From Octopus sinensis (taxonomy: Eukaryota), in contig NW_021833274.1 in NCBI RefSeq assembly GCF_006345805.1, positions 62,001-126,000 on the forward strand: a stretch of DNA of 64,000 bases, given 5' to 3'. Below the pieces are notes generated by a model. That model saw only the letters and a program-made list of their open reading frames with translations, ran no database searches and was not told the DNA's origin. The position numbers were made by a program, and so were the translations under genes. Of the stretch, positions 38,001-50,040 are shown one piece after another; positions within the stretch are counted from its first letter, which is position 1; every line of letters begins with the position of its first letter.

Positions 38001-38313
38001 GGAATGACAATTTCATTTTTTTCAATACTTTTAAACTTAAATCTCTTTTTTGAAAACTATATTTTGAAATTAAATGATAGGTAAATTAAGGAAGTTGAAA
38101 GTAGATTCACACCAATGAAGTCCTTAGTTGACGATTATTCAGTGGGAACTGAATGTTTCTGAAGATAACTATAACACGAGAAAAAAACAAGAAAGATATG
38201 TAGTGTGTTCAAGAATTTTAGTTAGTTTTCTTAATAAAAAGAAAGTATTCAGTAAAAAGTCTCGATTAGTAAAAAATTGTTAGTATATTGTTAATTAAAC
38301 AGTTTTACGAGAG

Positions 38314-38928
38314 TTAAATATTTTGAATGACATTTTCATCTAAATTTGTAACAGATTCATCTCGTGTTTTAGGAAAATCTTCATTTGGGTTATTGTAAGA
38401 TTTTTCGGAAATATTTATATCACGTTCATTTTTATATTTTTGAGAAAACGGCAAATTTTGACCAAATCGGTCCATTTCGGGAAAATTTCCAATGACATTT
38501 CCATCTAAATTTGTAACAGGTTCATCTCGTATTTTAGGAAAATCTTCATTAGGGTTTTTGTAAGATTTTCCAAGAATATCTAAATCACGTTCATTTTTAT
38601 ATTTTGGAGAAAACGGCAAATTTTGATCAAATCGGTCCATTTCGGGAAAATTCATATTTCTATATTTCTGTGGTCTATTATGAAATCTTTGTCTTGATCT
38701 AGTATTTTCCAAATGACCTCCAAATTTTCTGTCGAAATATTCTTTACGACTTTTGATATAATTTAAATAAGAATAAAAATCTGGGTAATGTTCGGCAAGC
38801 TCAGACTCAGATTCAAACAATTCATGTTGAAGTGGATTTTCAAATCCTTCATCAAAATCAATCTCCGGTTTATAGAATCCGTGTATTTTTAAACTTAGTA
38901 GTATTACAGAAAATAAAAATTTGTTCAT
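38314..38928 (-). CDS. Orphan putative secreted protein, two tandem 55-aa (165-bp) repeat units (204 aa)
   Basis: Same N-terminus as 31453-31911; repeat NFPEMDRF.QNLPFS.KYKNERD...KSY.NPNEDFPK.RDE.VTNLD.NVI occurs twice. Confidence 0.78.
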   Translation of the reverse strand: MNKFLFSVILLSLKIHGFYKPEIDFDEGFENPLQHELFESESELAEHYPDFYSYLNYIKSRKEYFDRKFGGHLENTRSRQRFHNRPQKYRNMNFPEMDRFDQNLPFSPKYKNERDLDILGKSYKNPNEDFPKIRDEPVTNLDGNVIGNFPEMDRFGQNLPFSQKYKNERDINISEKSYNNPNEDFPKTRDESVTNLDENVIQNI

Positions 38929-39492
38929 TATTTACAGTTTTATCAAGCTCTTTATATAGTATTTTTGACGTCGTTAATACGCAATGGTATATTTATTTAC
39001 AAAACTAAATCAAAATTTTGATGATATTATGCTTATTTCCGTCATGCTAAATCACGCAAAATAAAAATAGTCATTAAATTACTCTTTTGAAAAATAGCTA
39101 ACTTTTTAGATATTTTATTGTTTTTGAGTTTGTTCATTCGAAATTAATGGAACCAAAAAACACGACTGTCTTTTTTCTCTTATTTTTACTTAAATATTAA
39201 AGAGTTTGGTGTGTAATTAAAAATACTTTAAAAAGAGTTTGGTGTGTAAATCAATTTAGATTTATTAAATCAATATAATGTCTCTTAAAAGTGATCAGAA
39301 ATAGTATTCCATTAGTAACAAATGATATTTTTTTCCAATAATTGACAATGATTGAAATAAACACGTATTATCATTTTGAACATTGGATGATAATCTGAAA
39401 CAACTATCATCCAATGATAAATAATTTTTTATTTACAACAGTAATAAAATCCGGTAGTTTTTAATTACGATAAAATTAAAATAATATACTTT

Positions 39493-40103
39493 CCTGAGGA
39501 GCTCACCTTGTTTTTATGCCACCCAAATGCTGGAGGTCTGCGGAGAAAATTCTCAATGTGCATTTCGACGATATTGCCTGGTGTCAGGCTAAACTTCCTG
39601 TGAGTCACGGGGGTCTGGGCCTCCGTTTCTGTTTCCCCTCTATTCTGGAACCACGAGGGCCTTGTTCTTGAAGATGCAAACGTCCAGACGGCTGTACGCT
39701 TTTCGATTTTGAATCCGGAAGCAGCTCGTGTGGGACGTCACCTTTTCCGACTCTTTTGCCAAGGGTGCCTTAAATGCTAGGCTTGTCGACCCGGTTCGTC
39801 AGCTGAGAAGGCCGAATTCGCAAACTAACGAAATACGACGATTTACGCATCGATTTTGCTTTTGGGCAATTGCCGTCGAAACTTCCTGTGTTTTTTGGGC
39901 CAAGACGCTTGCTCATCTTAAGAAACTTGGCCGCCTGTGCACCTACCGCTCCAGAGATCCGAGGGAATTATAAATTCCTTATTCAGAGGATCTCGCTGGC
40001 TGTTTTACGCGGGAATTGTCTTTCAATCCTGCGAGCCAGTTCATAATAGCTAGTTTTTTTGACGATTTCTCTTACTTAGAACATTTACTTAATTGATTAA
40101 AAA
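39493..40103 (+). mobile_element. 5'-truncated CRE-like insertion (same family as 33661-33921)
   Basis: AKLPVSHGGLGLR, WDVTFSDS and QRISLAVLRGNC; short A tail; 10-bp TSD aatatacttt at 39483-39492 and 40104-40113. Confidence 0.87.
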
Positions 40104-40120
40104 AATATACTTTACGTAAA

Positions 40121-40299
40121 AGCTTAGCCACATTAAAAAGCCACGACATACATGAGACCCGGTGGCTTCTCCAGTTGATCTCCGTTACTATCGTGAGAGG
40201 CAACGCAACGTCAATAATGTTGTCGGGGTCCACTTTGGACGGATAGCTTTGTTAACTTCTAGTAAATTACAATTATGATTCAAAAATTAGCTGTGAAAT
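40121..40299 (+). mobile_element. Second short CRE-like 3' fragment (another family)
   Basis: ETRWLLQLISVTIVRGNATSIML resembles the CRE terminal QRIS.AI.RGN motif; flanked by tttacgtaaa at 40111-40120 and 40300-40309. Confidence 0.75.
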
Positions 40300-41066
40300 T
40301 TACGTAAAGAAATTTAATTCAAATCTAAAATTACATATCTAATTCATCGAATTTGCCTTGTACAATATTTTGTATAAATAGTACAATTTTAGTAAAAAAT
40401 AAAATTTGACCTTATTATTTTATCCAAAAATCACCAGGTTAGAATGACAAAAAACTCCCCAACTGACTAACTTATCCCAGGCTTTTAAAAGGTGAACTTT
40501 GTCATAAAAATTGGGTAAAATTTACTTTGTATAACATTGAGAATACGGAAATAGAACAGGCTACAATTTGCCATTGTTTCTCACGTGATGTACTTTTTGT
40601 GTTGAATATTGGTAGTTTCCATCTTTGGCCTAAGAAATGCACTGAATCACCAATTTTTGTCTTTGCCGCAGCATCACCTAAAAATAATTTGAACAGAGAC
40701 AGTAAAAACTACATTAGGTAAAAGCCAGGTTGTTTGGTTTTCTATTATTGAGATAGCTAAAACCGAGAAAAAGTAAAAAAATCAAACAAATACAAAAAAA
40801 ACTTTAAAAGAGTCACAGTTTTTTTATAATGTTAGCTCTGTTTACGTCAAAAACAATTCCACTTCAAAAGCTTGTTATGTCAAAAAATATGCAAGATAAG
40901 GTTTGTTGTTTATTTTAGTTTGTTTAACCTAAACTTATTTCCAATTGAATCTCGACAAAAGTAGACAATTAACGAAAGATATATCCAGAAAATTTCCTAA
41001 TTATTTGTAGTGAATTCTGTATAATGATTTTAAAAATATTCAATTGACAACAAAAAATTTCAATTA

Positions 41067-44000
41067 TTAAACCCACGCAGCCCAACCCTCAAACATCAAG
41101 GAAAGATTGTTAATGTCCTGTGATTTGGCCATCTCCATGTCAATCTAATCATAAATTCAGACAAAAACCAGTTCTTCTACAGTCCTTTCATACCCATCAT
41201 CACTCAGTCCTCTCAATCTCTTCTCAACAAAACCAAATTCACCCCCAAACGAATTACTTGATGCCTCCTTTCCACATCCATTATCCAGTAGCCCATTTTT
41301 AAACATTTCCAAGACATTTTGCACACCATTAATAACCCTAAACTCAACATGTGGACATTACTCATTAAATACTCGTTGCATTTCATTTATTGTATCACAT
41401 GTGGGTTTTCTTTCAGTCAATAAGCCCTCAAGATATTTCAATCCTGATTTGAGTTGGCTGCTAATACGACATGGTCTCTATAATTGCCATTAATGGGGAC
41501 TTACGTTATGTAAAGGACACTCATCCATGACTAGAACTATGACCTCAACTGCTTTCGTCACTTTAATGACTAATCCCTTAAGTATAGACAGTTCAGAAGT
41601 CTTATATAACATGTTATCATATATATAACCAAATACAAATCCTTTCTTTCAAAAGTCACTTTTTTCTTAGATATTTCTTGCATTTCGGCACTCAGGTGAG
41701 TTGATAAAAAAGAAAGCCATTTTGGAACTTTTGAATGAAGTGGCTGATATATTGAAAATAAAACAAAATACTTTTATTCGCAAAAGAGAATGCTCTACTG
41801 GTAATATTTTAGACTGAATATCTTTATATCTTTTAAGCAGAGCAGTATGACTAGAATGGTATATAATACTTAACCTGTGTATATATTTGGTCAGTCGGTA
41901 AAAATCAACACGCTCCAATGAAAATCTACTCTCTTCAATCACCAGTATTGCTGTCAGGTGTTTCTTAAGTGCAGGGTCGATGGTTATTTCCTTTACTAAT
42001 ACCAAAAAAATCTACCTCCTTTACTCTTTTTAGAAACTCAAATCTAATCGACATTGCTTCTTCTGACAAGTTAAACAACCACATATATGTTCTATGTGTA
42101 GTATCAACAAACCCAGAATATATATTTATTATATCTTGACTGATATACAGCTGATTATGACCGAGTTTGGGCACATATAGATCAGCGAGTGTGTTTATTA
42201 TAGAATCTAAAGGCTGAGAGATTACATCCAAAGAAGGAAATGAAAACTCCTTGCAAGATGAATGAACATAAATCAATATATCAACGATACTGAGTCCAAT
42301 CCGAATAAGACATGTGATTATGTAATATCGAAATATTTTAAATGTGGCACGACTTGCCCCCATTTGAACGTACAAATATTCAAACTCACTCCAAGGCACT
42401 TGCAACTCTTCAAACACAGAATATGCTTTTATTACGTCATCAAAAGCTTCAATTTCTCGGGTTTCAACCTTACTACCATCCATATACTCTGACAGACTAT
42501 TGGGACTACTGCCTTCCACTAATTCTCTCAATTTGAGTATTTCAGGGTCGTTTCTGAGAAATGCAGCAAGTACAGGTATCACAACCTTCGTGATATAAGC
42601 AGCATACAAGTTCTGAAATATAACAACGTGATGGAACCTTATGTACTACTACAATTTGTCTAAATGTCCCCACATCAGATATATCCACACATTCCGAACT
42701 ACTGTCAGTCCTTGAAAAATTTTCAATTACATTCTTGGGTCTGTACTGGCCCATTTCAGTTATGTCATTCGCAACCGACCTAATCATATACACTAATCAT
42801 TACTCCGAATAATTGTCAATATATTCAGTCAAAAGACTAGTCAGTCTAAAAACTACGTGATAAGTCCTTCCAATAGGTGGAGCCTACATTTAAGATGTAT
42901 TTCATACTAGTTTTATCATATCAACATATTCCTGTATGATAGAACTTGTAGTACTCACAGATCGTAACAAGTCTACCGCCTCCTCTACTCTGCTCTTCAA
43001 TTCAATAATTATCCCAAGCATATTCCTCAATGAAGATGTACATTGTTCCAACTCTTGTTCTGCATGTCTTTGTTGTTTAACTCTATTATAATTTAAAAGT
43101 TGTCTTCACCTTTTCTCGAAAGAAGAATGCCAACTTTTACCTGAGGACACATATTCCAATTGGTCTCTTATTTTATCATTTTGATTTTTTAAAACAATAT
43201 TACGCTGATTGAGCTCTTCAGATGCACTCAATTCCATAATGGCGTTGTGGAAATAATCATCAATTCTATGTGTCAAAAAATTCTAAAACTAACGAGGGGG
43301 GCAAAGAGTTGACAATATAAGAAATTAGACACGACTCACAGTAATTTGGACATGTTGGTTTATCTGTCTGAATTGACTCATTGGGTGGACTGTATAAAAA
43401 TACTTTGAGAATAGACATGAGAGTCATTCTATCCGATCGCAACATTTGCATAATATTAATCAAAGTAGAACGAAATAAGCCCTAATCTGTCAGTCCGACA
43501 ACCACCTTCATTCCAAATGGTCCAAGAGCTCTCTCAATGTTACGTGTAAGACGGAAAGGCACTTTCTCGGGTGTCTGGAGAGTCTTTCCCTTATCAAAAC
43601 AAATTTTGAAATCTACGTGGATTATCTGCAATAAATCGTCTTTCCAACCTTTCCAGTCGACAAATCAAGAAGAATGTTATCCAAATGTCTGTCACCTAAT
43701 CCAATGATGTAACCCAGCCCTGACATGACAGCACATGTCCGACAAAACATGTTTGTTGCTCTCAACCAAGTTATTTTTGAATCACAACAAAGCCACAATT
43801 TCCTATATTTAATTAAAAAATCAGCATACCGCGATATTAGCGAATTAGGTGTTTCAGAACATAGTTTCTGGAATATTTCTCTCTGAAGATCATGAGGCCA
43901 CAGTCTCCGAGGCTTTCCAACATACTTTGAGTCATTCTAAGAACTGCATACATTTCCAATTGATTTGGCTGCGGAGTAGTAAATATCTCTAATAGACAAT

Positions 44001-47000
44001 TGGCCATTTCCAGACTCTCCAAGGAACTGTGAGTAGATCTGTTGAAGGGGTGTGGAATCATCAACCCACTCTATCAGTCCACAGGCATTCCCGAGAGGAA
44101 TGACTGAATAACACCCAATACTAGTAAAACTTAGTTTCCACAGACACCAACCAGACATCACTGATAAGAGTGTTCACATAACTGAATAATTGCATCATCA
44201 ACTCATCCATCCTCAAATCCTCGACTCCTTTGAGTAAAAAATGATGTCTTGAAATGAGAATTAAGTCAAAACTTATTTCCACTTTTATCAATGAGGCAAA
44301 GCTTCTTTGGTTTTGATTTTGAAGGGAATATTTTAATTTTGGATTCAATGTGATCAAGTTTCAGTACCCCGCCGTTCTCAGAATTGAATTTACAAGGCAG
44401 TTGGATATGATTGAACACTTTCTGACAAACTTGGTCGCACAACACAATCCCATTCCTCATCACATGTTTCATCTCATTATCCACTACATAACACATCTGT
44501 ATGATTATTAGACTGGCATACATCCTGGTAATTCTCGTAAAGAACATTGACTGATTTGACTGTTAGTTTAGACATGTTCTCAATCAGTTTATGAATTTGT
44601 GGTCTAATTCTGGCAATATAATAATTGTTAAAGGCAGAATGTCCATATTTCTCGATTGAATTGTCAATTGATGTACTCAATGAGGACAACCAGTCGACAG
44701 TCTGGTCAATGACTAGAACAAAACTCACCCAGTCGACGACTCCCCTGTATAAATTCTCAAAAAGGTTCATTCGGTCAGCCCCATCTCCACAAATATTATC
44801 CTTTAGAAACCTCAGGACTTGCCCCGTGGTGTTATTTCGGTGGTTAAGTGCAGAATGAACCCTCTCGAGTGGGAGAACACTCACAAATTTCAATTTTTCC
44901 AATAAAAAGTGCGTCTCATAAACCAATCTATAACTTTTACAGAAAATATACAACTCTTTATTAATTTTACTAATAGCAGCATGCAAATATGATTTGTATG
45001 GTCCATCATTCATAGCTATAACAGGTATAACAAGAGAATGTGGATAAGCAACAGACAACTCATAAAGAATTTTGACAACACATGCTCGGACTATCGAAGA
45101 TGGATGAGACAGTCTGGATATTAGCTGTTGTCTTACACCTAAATATGAATAAAAAAGCAAGTCTACTCAGCCAGGGAAATAGCACTTCAGTATTAATTAT
45201 ATCACACACCAGAAAAGGATAATCGTCCAACAAGTCAAGCAAAGCAAGCATTATTTGAATACTCTCCCCCTATCTATCAGTAGTAGAACAAATACAGTAT
45301 GGGAAAGACACTTCAAAAGTCCTTTGACTGTACAAGATAACAATTTTGGACATGCACTAATCACATCGTACAGCAAATTGGTTTCCTCATGTTTCAAATA
45401 TTCCCGGGAAGACATGTAATTTTTGAATGCCGTCATCTTATTTTGTTCCAAAGAAGAACAGTCAATATCAAGCTATCAATGTGGGATAGTCACAACTTGG
45501 ATGTTTTGGGAAGAGGCAATGCACATTTCAACATCTTGTGGTCTAACTATCCGCTTTATTTCAGACATCTGTTCATTTGATAAAGAAGGAATGCCACTTT
45601 ACATTATAATCATGACTAATACATGTTTTGTAACTGTGACAGGCAAGCAGAAGAATATGCTCTCCACAAATAACCACAGTCTGGAAACCGTGTAAAAACA
45701 ATGCTTGCTGTACTCTCAAATAACTCTTGAAATGCATTTCCCTCTGCTCCAATAACATCCAAAAGTCCTTTCGAACAATCTCCCCCAAACATAGCCATAC
45801 AGGCAATCTTAAATGCACTAAGTTAAACATTAATCAAAATCTGACACCTAATGCTTATATCACTGTAACCACAATCCGCCAGTAATAACAATTTGGAGTA
45901 ATCTTCGGCTTGCAATGAAGGTAACAGGCCAAAGGTATGAATTCGTTCAAAGTACTCAAACCAGTCATTTCCTCTCACTTCAAACAGCATTCTCTTATAT
46001 TTAAGTCTCTCAGGCATATAGAGATTCTTCAGTGTCTCAAAAGTTGAGTAACACTCAGTATCCAACAGTCTGTCAAACAAATTCTCAGTTAGATTAGTCG
46101 AATAACCTCCAATGGTTAATAATCTAATATCATTATGCATTTTTTGTCCATAATTGAGATCAAACAGCTGAGCTGCCCTTTCTATTTTATCAGTAAGGTC
46201 AGTTCCCATCTCCATTCCAGTAAATGTGCGAATATCCAAGCATAAAGTCAGAGTATCCACACAAGCCATAAACGAATCTTGACATTTATCAACTGGTTTG
46301 CACATTGTATGCCCGAAATCAGTCAATTGTGCTATCAAATCAGTAGAAGGGAGAGGAATATGGTCAATCACATCAGCCACAACAGAAGGTGGAGTGTCAG
46401 TTCCAATACACTCCAACGCTTCCACCCACTGACATAAACTAATATGACATTGAACCAACTGAAATGGTAAATTTAATATAAAACTTCATATCTGAGATAT
46501 TCTTTAATTTGGGGAGAATAGTCACTATTGAGGGAATCCCTTAATTGTTTAATGGCTGTTTCAAATCTGTGATGTAAGCTGTATGACTGTACTTGTAGGC
46601 ACTTTTGCTTATAATTCCATCAATCCAACAATTTCCATCAAACTGGTCGCGAATTCCTCTCAAATGATAAACCGAGTCAGGACACTGAGACATCACACGG
46701 ACACAATGTAACACAGAAATGTCCTCCTTTTCACTAATAGAATAAAATACCTGGTTGTCTTGATATGCTTGATACATGTGAAAAGCAGAAATTTCATACT
46801 GACCACAGACTAATGACAATCGAGACATGATAAAACTGGTTTGGGATGGCCAAAGTCCAGCCTTAGTAATTAGAGTATTATATTCATACATATAATTGTC
46901 CAATATGTTCAAAAAGGAGTACAAATATGTTTATTCTGCAAATATCTTCAACCCCACATATTCTAAAAGAGTCTATCATGGCAGAAGGCATATCTTATAT

Positions 47001-49141
47001 TTGTTAGGTAATAAAAAACCATTAAAACACGTCAATAAACGTGAATCACTACATATTTGATGTGCTGCCTGACGTATAACAAACTTCATTGCACTCTTAT
47101 AGTGACTCATATCATAAACATTCGGCGGAAAAACCATATTATCAACATCAAAGTGATCTATGATGTAATTTCCATGACTTTCCATCACGTTTCTCACAAT
47201 GGTATTAAACCTACCAATATATGTTTAAGTAACCTCTCAAAACTACTACTGGTAAATAAATCTAATATTATTGGCAGGACATTGCTGGTGAAATGTTTCA
47301 AATCTCCAATCCTATATACATCAGACATAATTAGACTACCGAATTGATTCTGGATTCTCAATACCAACTCTTCGTTGTGTCATTTCCCCTTGTTTTAAAG
47401 CCCAATCAACCACAACTGCCCGTTCTAGTTTGGTTTTGTCCATAATGTAAAGACATAGCTCGATATATTGCCCACATCCATACAAATGAGTCATCGACAG
47501 TAACAAAACACAACATGTATATAAAGTATCAGAACAAGTAACAAATCGACACAACAATTCCACCAAACACATTAGTTTACTACAAATACAACAATCATAC
47601 TAACCCTGAGACTTTGGAATTAAAGAATAAATCAGATTTGACAACCGATGGCAACAATAAATGAGCAACTTGACTATCAACTGTCTCAATATTAGGGAGA
47701 ATAACATCAATCAGAGTACAAGACAATAAAGTATAACTCAACACCTTGTCCAAAACATTTAATAAATGTTGACATGTGATCTAGAGCTCTACTAATACAC
47801 AACACCTTATCCAAACGTGGACACATCAACAGCAAATCACATTTTATCAAAGCTTCCTCAGGATTGTCTGCATTTATGGAAAGAGCAAGAGAACTAAACT
47901 AACACAAAATAGTAACACCGAGTATGCCTGGATATGTAATCGGAGGGGATTCTACTAAACACATCAAGCAACAGTGATCTGCCGGAAATATTAACAATAT
48001 CAATGTGCTCAATCAAATTCTCAGTGACTTTATTCGACATTACTTTACACAAAATCTTCCAAAATGAACATCCGAGAGGATAGTTGTGAGTCAATTGTGA
48101 CACCACAAAACTCGTTGTTTTTACATAACATAGAGTTCCATCCTCCGTGAAATGATCAATTAATTTATTGACACTTCTAATAAGTGCTCGTGACTTTAAC
48201 TGTGTGATCACTGCTGTGTCAATTACCATGTCAATAGTCTGTCATTTGGTAATTACATTATAACCTGCTCTTTGTGGTACGAGGACAATTCTTGTGGGTT
48301 AGAAAAGGCGGTTAGAATATCGATGAGGACTGTAATTTCATCTACTGACCGAGTGGAATCTTGTTTTATTAAAGACTATATATTATATGTATATATACAT
48401 ATTGAAATATCAAATCTTCCAATAAACAAGTAAATATTGAATGAGCAGTGTCCTTTTTAGTCCAAATGGGGACACTCACTTTCCTTATTACTGAGAGAAG
48501 TGTAACCTTGTGGTCCCATTTGTTCCCCAAAGTGATATATAGGCCAATATAACAATCAAGTAATTTCTATTATGTAACTATCAAGGAATATTACTTCAAA
48601 ATATTCACTGCCAATTACGTAATACTCATGAGACAAATATGTAGTGATAATATCAGTCTGTAGATCAAGTAATGGAGTATATTCAGTTATATTGTCCATT
48701 GCCAATTTTACGTTTCCGATTAATTCCTGAAATAAAAGTAAATTGAAGACTTTTTTGAATGAGAGATTCTTGTCTGTGAGAATGTGACTGATTATTCTAA
48801 GCACACATGATTTCTCACATATTCCTAAAGAGGATTTAAAGCCCAATTTTATGATCCATTTGGTGATTTGCTGAGGATCCATTAGACGTCGACATAGTGT
48901 GGTAATACAACTGAAAATTAGAGAGATCATCTCATTGCTTGCACAAATAGAGAGAGCATTGATAAAACTGGATAGTATGAGTTCGGCCTTGACAGAGGGC
49001 TGTCTATTATAACAAGTAGAGAACCAATGGGCTTGTTTCTTGGAGGTAGGAATAAATTAGGCGAATATGACCTGTATTCTGTCCTCTTTCACATTCAACT
49101 AACAATGATTTAAGCAATGTATTTATATTATGTAAATGCAT
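41067..49141 (-). CDS. SMG1: SMG1 PI3K-related kinase (NMD), many micro-introns; N-terminal exons not resolved
   Basis: Spliced kinase domain [23 protein letters not shown]...[15 protein letters not shown]...[17 protein letters not shown]...[28 protein letters not shown]; FAT-side [15 protein letters not shown]; FATC ...[14 protein letters not shown] (stop 41067-41069). DRHLDN and EGW.AWV are SMG1-typical. Introns placed at 41145-41168, 43482-43505, 43626-43648, 43803-43829, 43925-43951, 44121-44145, 44248-44272, 45139-45166 and 45270-45295. Confidence 0.92.
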
Positions 49142-49249
49142 CACAAAGCTTAGTTATCATAACAAAAATTTATTAATCATTAAAATTAGTAATGTTATAA
49201 AAAATTGAATTCATAACATTTTTAAGGTATAAAACAAAAATTAAGGGCA

Positions 49250-50040
49250 AAAATAGCAATTAAATTTAACTAATATCTAAAGAATTGATTTGACGTATTA
49301 ATTCATTCTTTTTCTTTTTGAGCCATTCCTTAGCTCTCTAACTGCAATCTCTTGTCGACCATCGCCAATCTGATCCTCATTCCAGGATTGTTGTTCCATG
49401 GGCACGATTCCGTCGTCCTCAAATTGTTGTAGAGATTTTCGTTGTAGAAAATGAATGACTTCACTAACATCACTCTCTTGAAAGTTCATCCCATGTCGGT
49501 GCTCCACTAACATGCTTTCAAGAGTTTTCTTTAGTACGATAGATTGAATATATGCCCTCGGAATAATATCACACCTAAAAAATCCATATATGATGTGTAG
49601 AATTTACTCACAATTCCCTCCCAAGTCATAACAATCGGGACAATTTTAACTTTCGCTTTGTATATTTGGGACAACTCTCCAGCGAGGAGGTCGTATTTAT
49701 GAAGTTTTTCAATCTCAACCACCTTCAGCATCTCCTGAGAAGTGATTCCGACCTCTACTAAAGTAATTTCCCTTGTACTTTTATCGAAAACAAATATGTT
49801 CGGCTTGTTATGTTGTATTTTGATGTCTGTCATCAGCGTCGTATCGACTCTGATCTCAACATTCTCAGTTGTTACTATTGATTGGACTGAGTGAGTCTTC
49901 AGTTTCTTTGAATATGTGATTCTATATTTATGACACAGGTTTAAATGACGACATCTCACCACCTCATTGTGACGGCGTATATAATCACTATTTAACATTC
50001 TATTGCATCTCGTTGCCAAATGATCGACTGTTTTTTTGGC
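49250..50040 (-). mobile_element. R4/Dong-like element 3' part (RLE domain); its upstream part resumes at 53980-54110
   Basis: AKKTVDHLATRCNRMLNSDYIRRHNEVVRC...KPNIFVFDK...VEVG...KYDLL; beyond the CRE tail the minus strand reads GNNSPGAEALYCLLQDRN. Confidence 0.9.

Larger units (their letters stand above)
38201..40473. repeat. Segmental duplication, copy B
   Basis: See copy A; lacks the Tigger and carries two CRE fragments. Confidence 0.93.

Noticed and set aside
38314-38928. RFamide neuropeptide precursor (MDRFG in the repeat)
   Set aside because: The Gly is followed by Gln, not the basic residues needed for cleavage and amidation, and one unit has RFD.
40480-40720. Possible minus-strand exon DAAAKTKIGDSVHFLGQRWKLPIF...
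   Set aside because: Splice-like borders exist but phases do not join to neighbours and no family was recognised.
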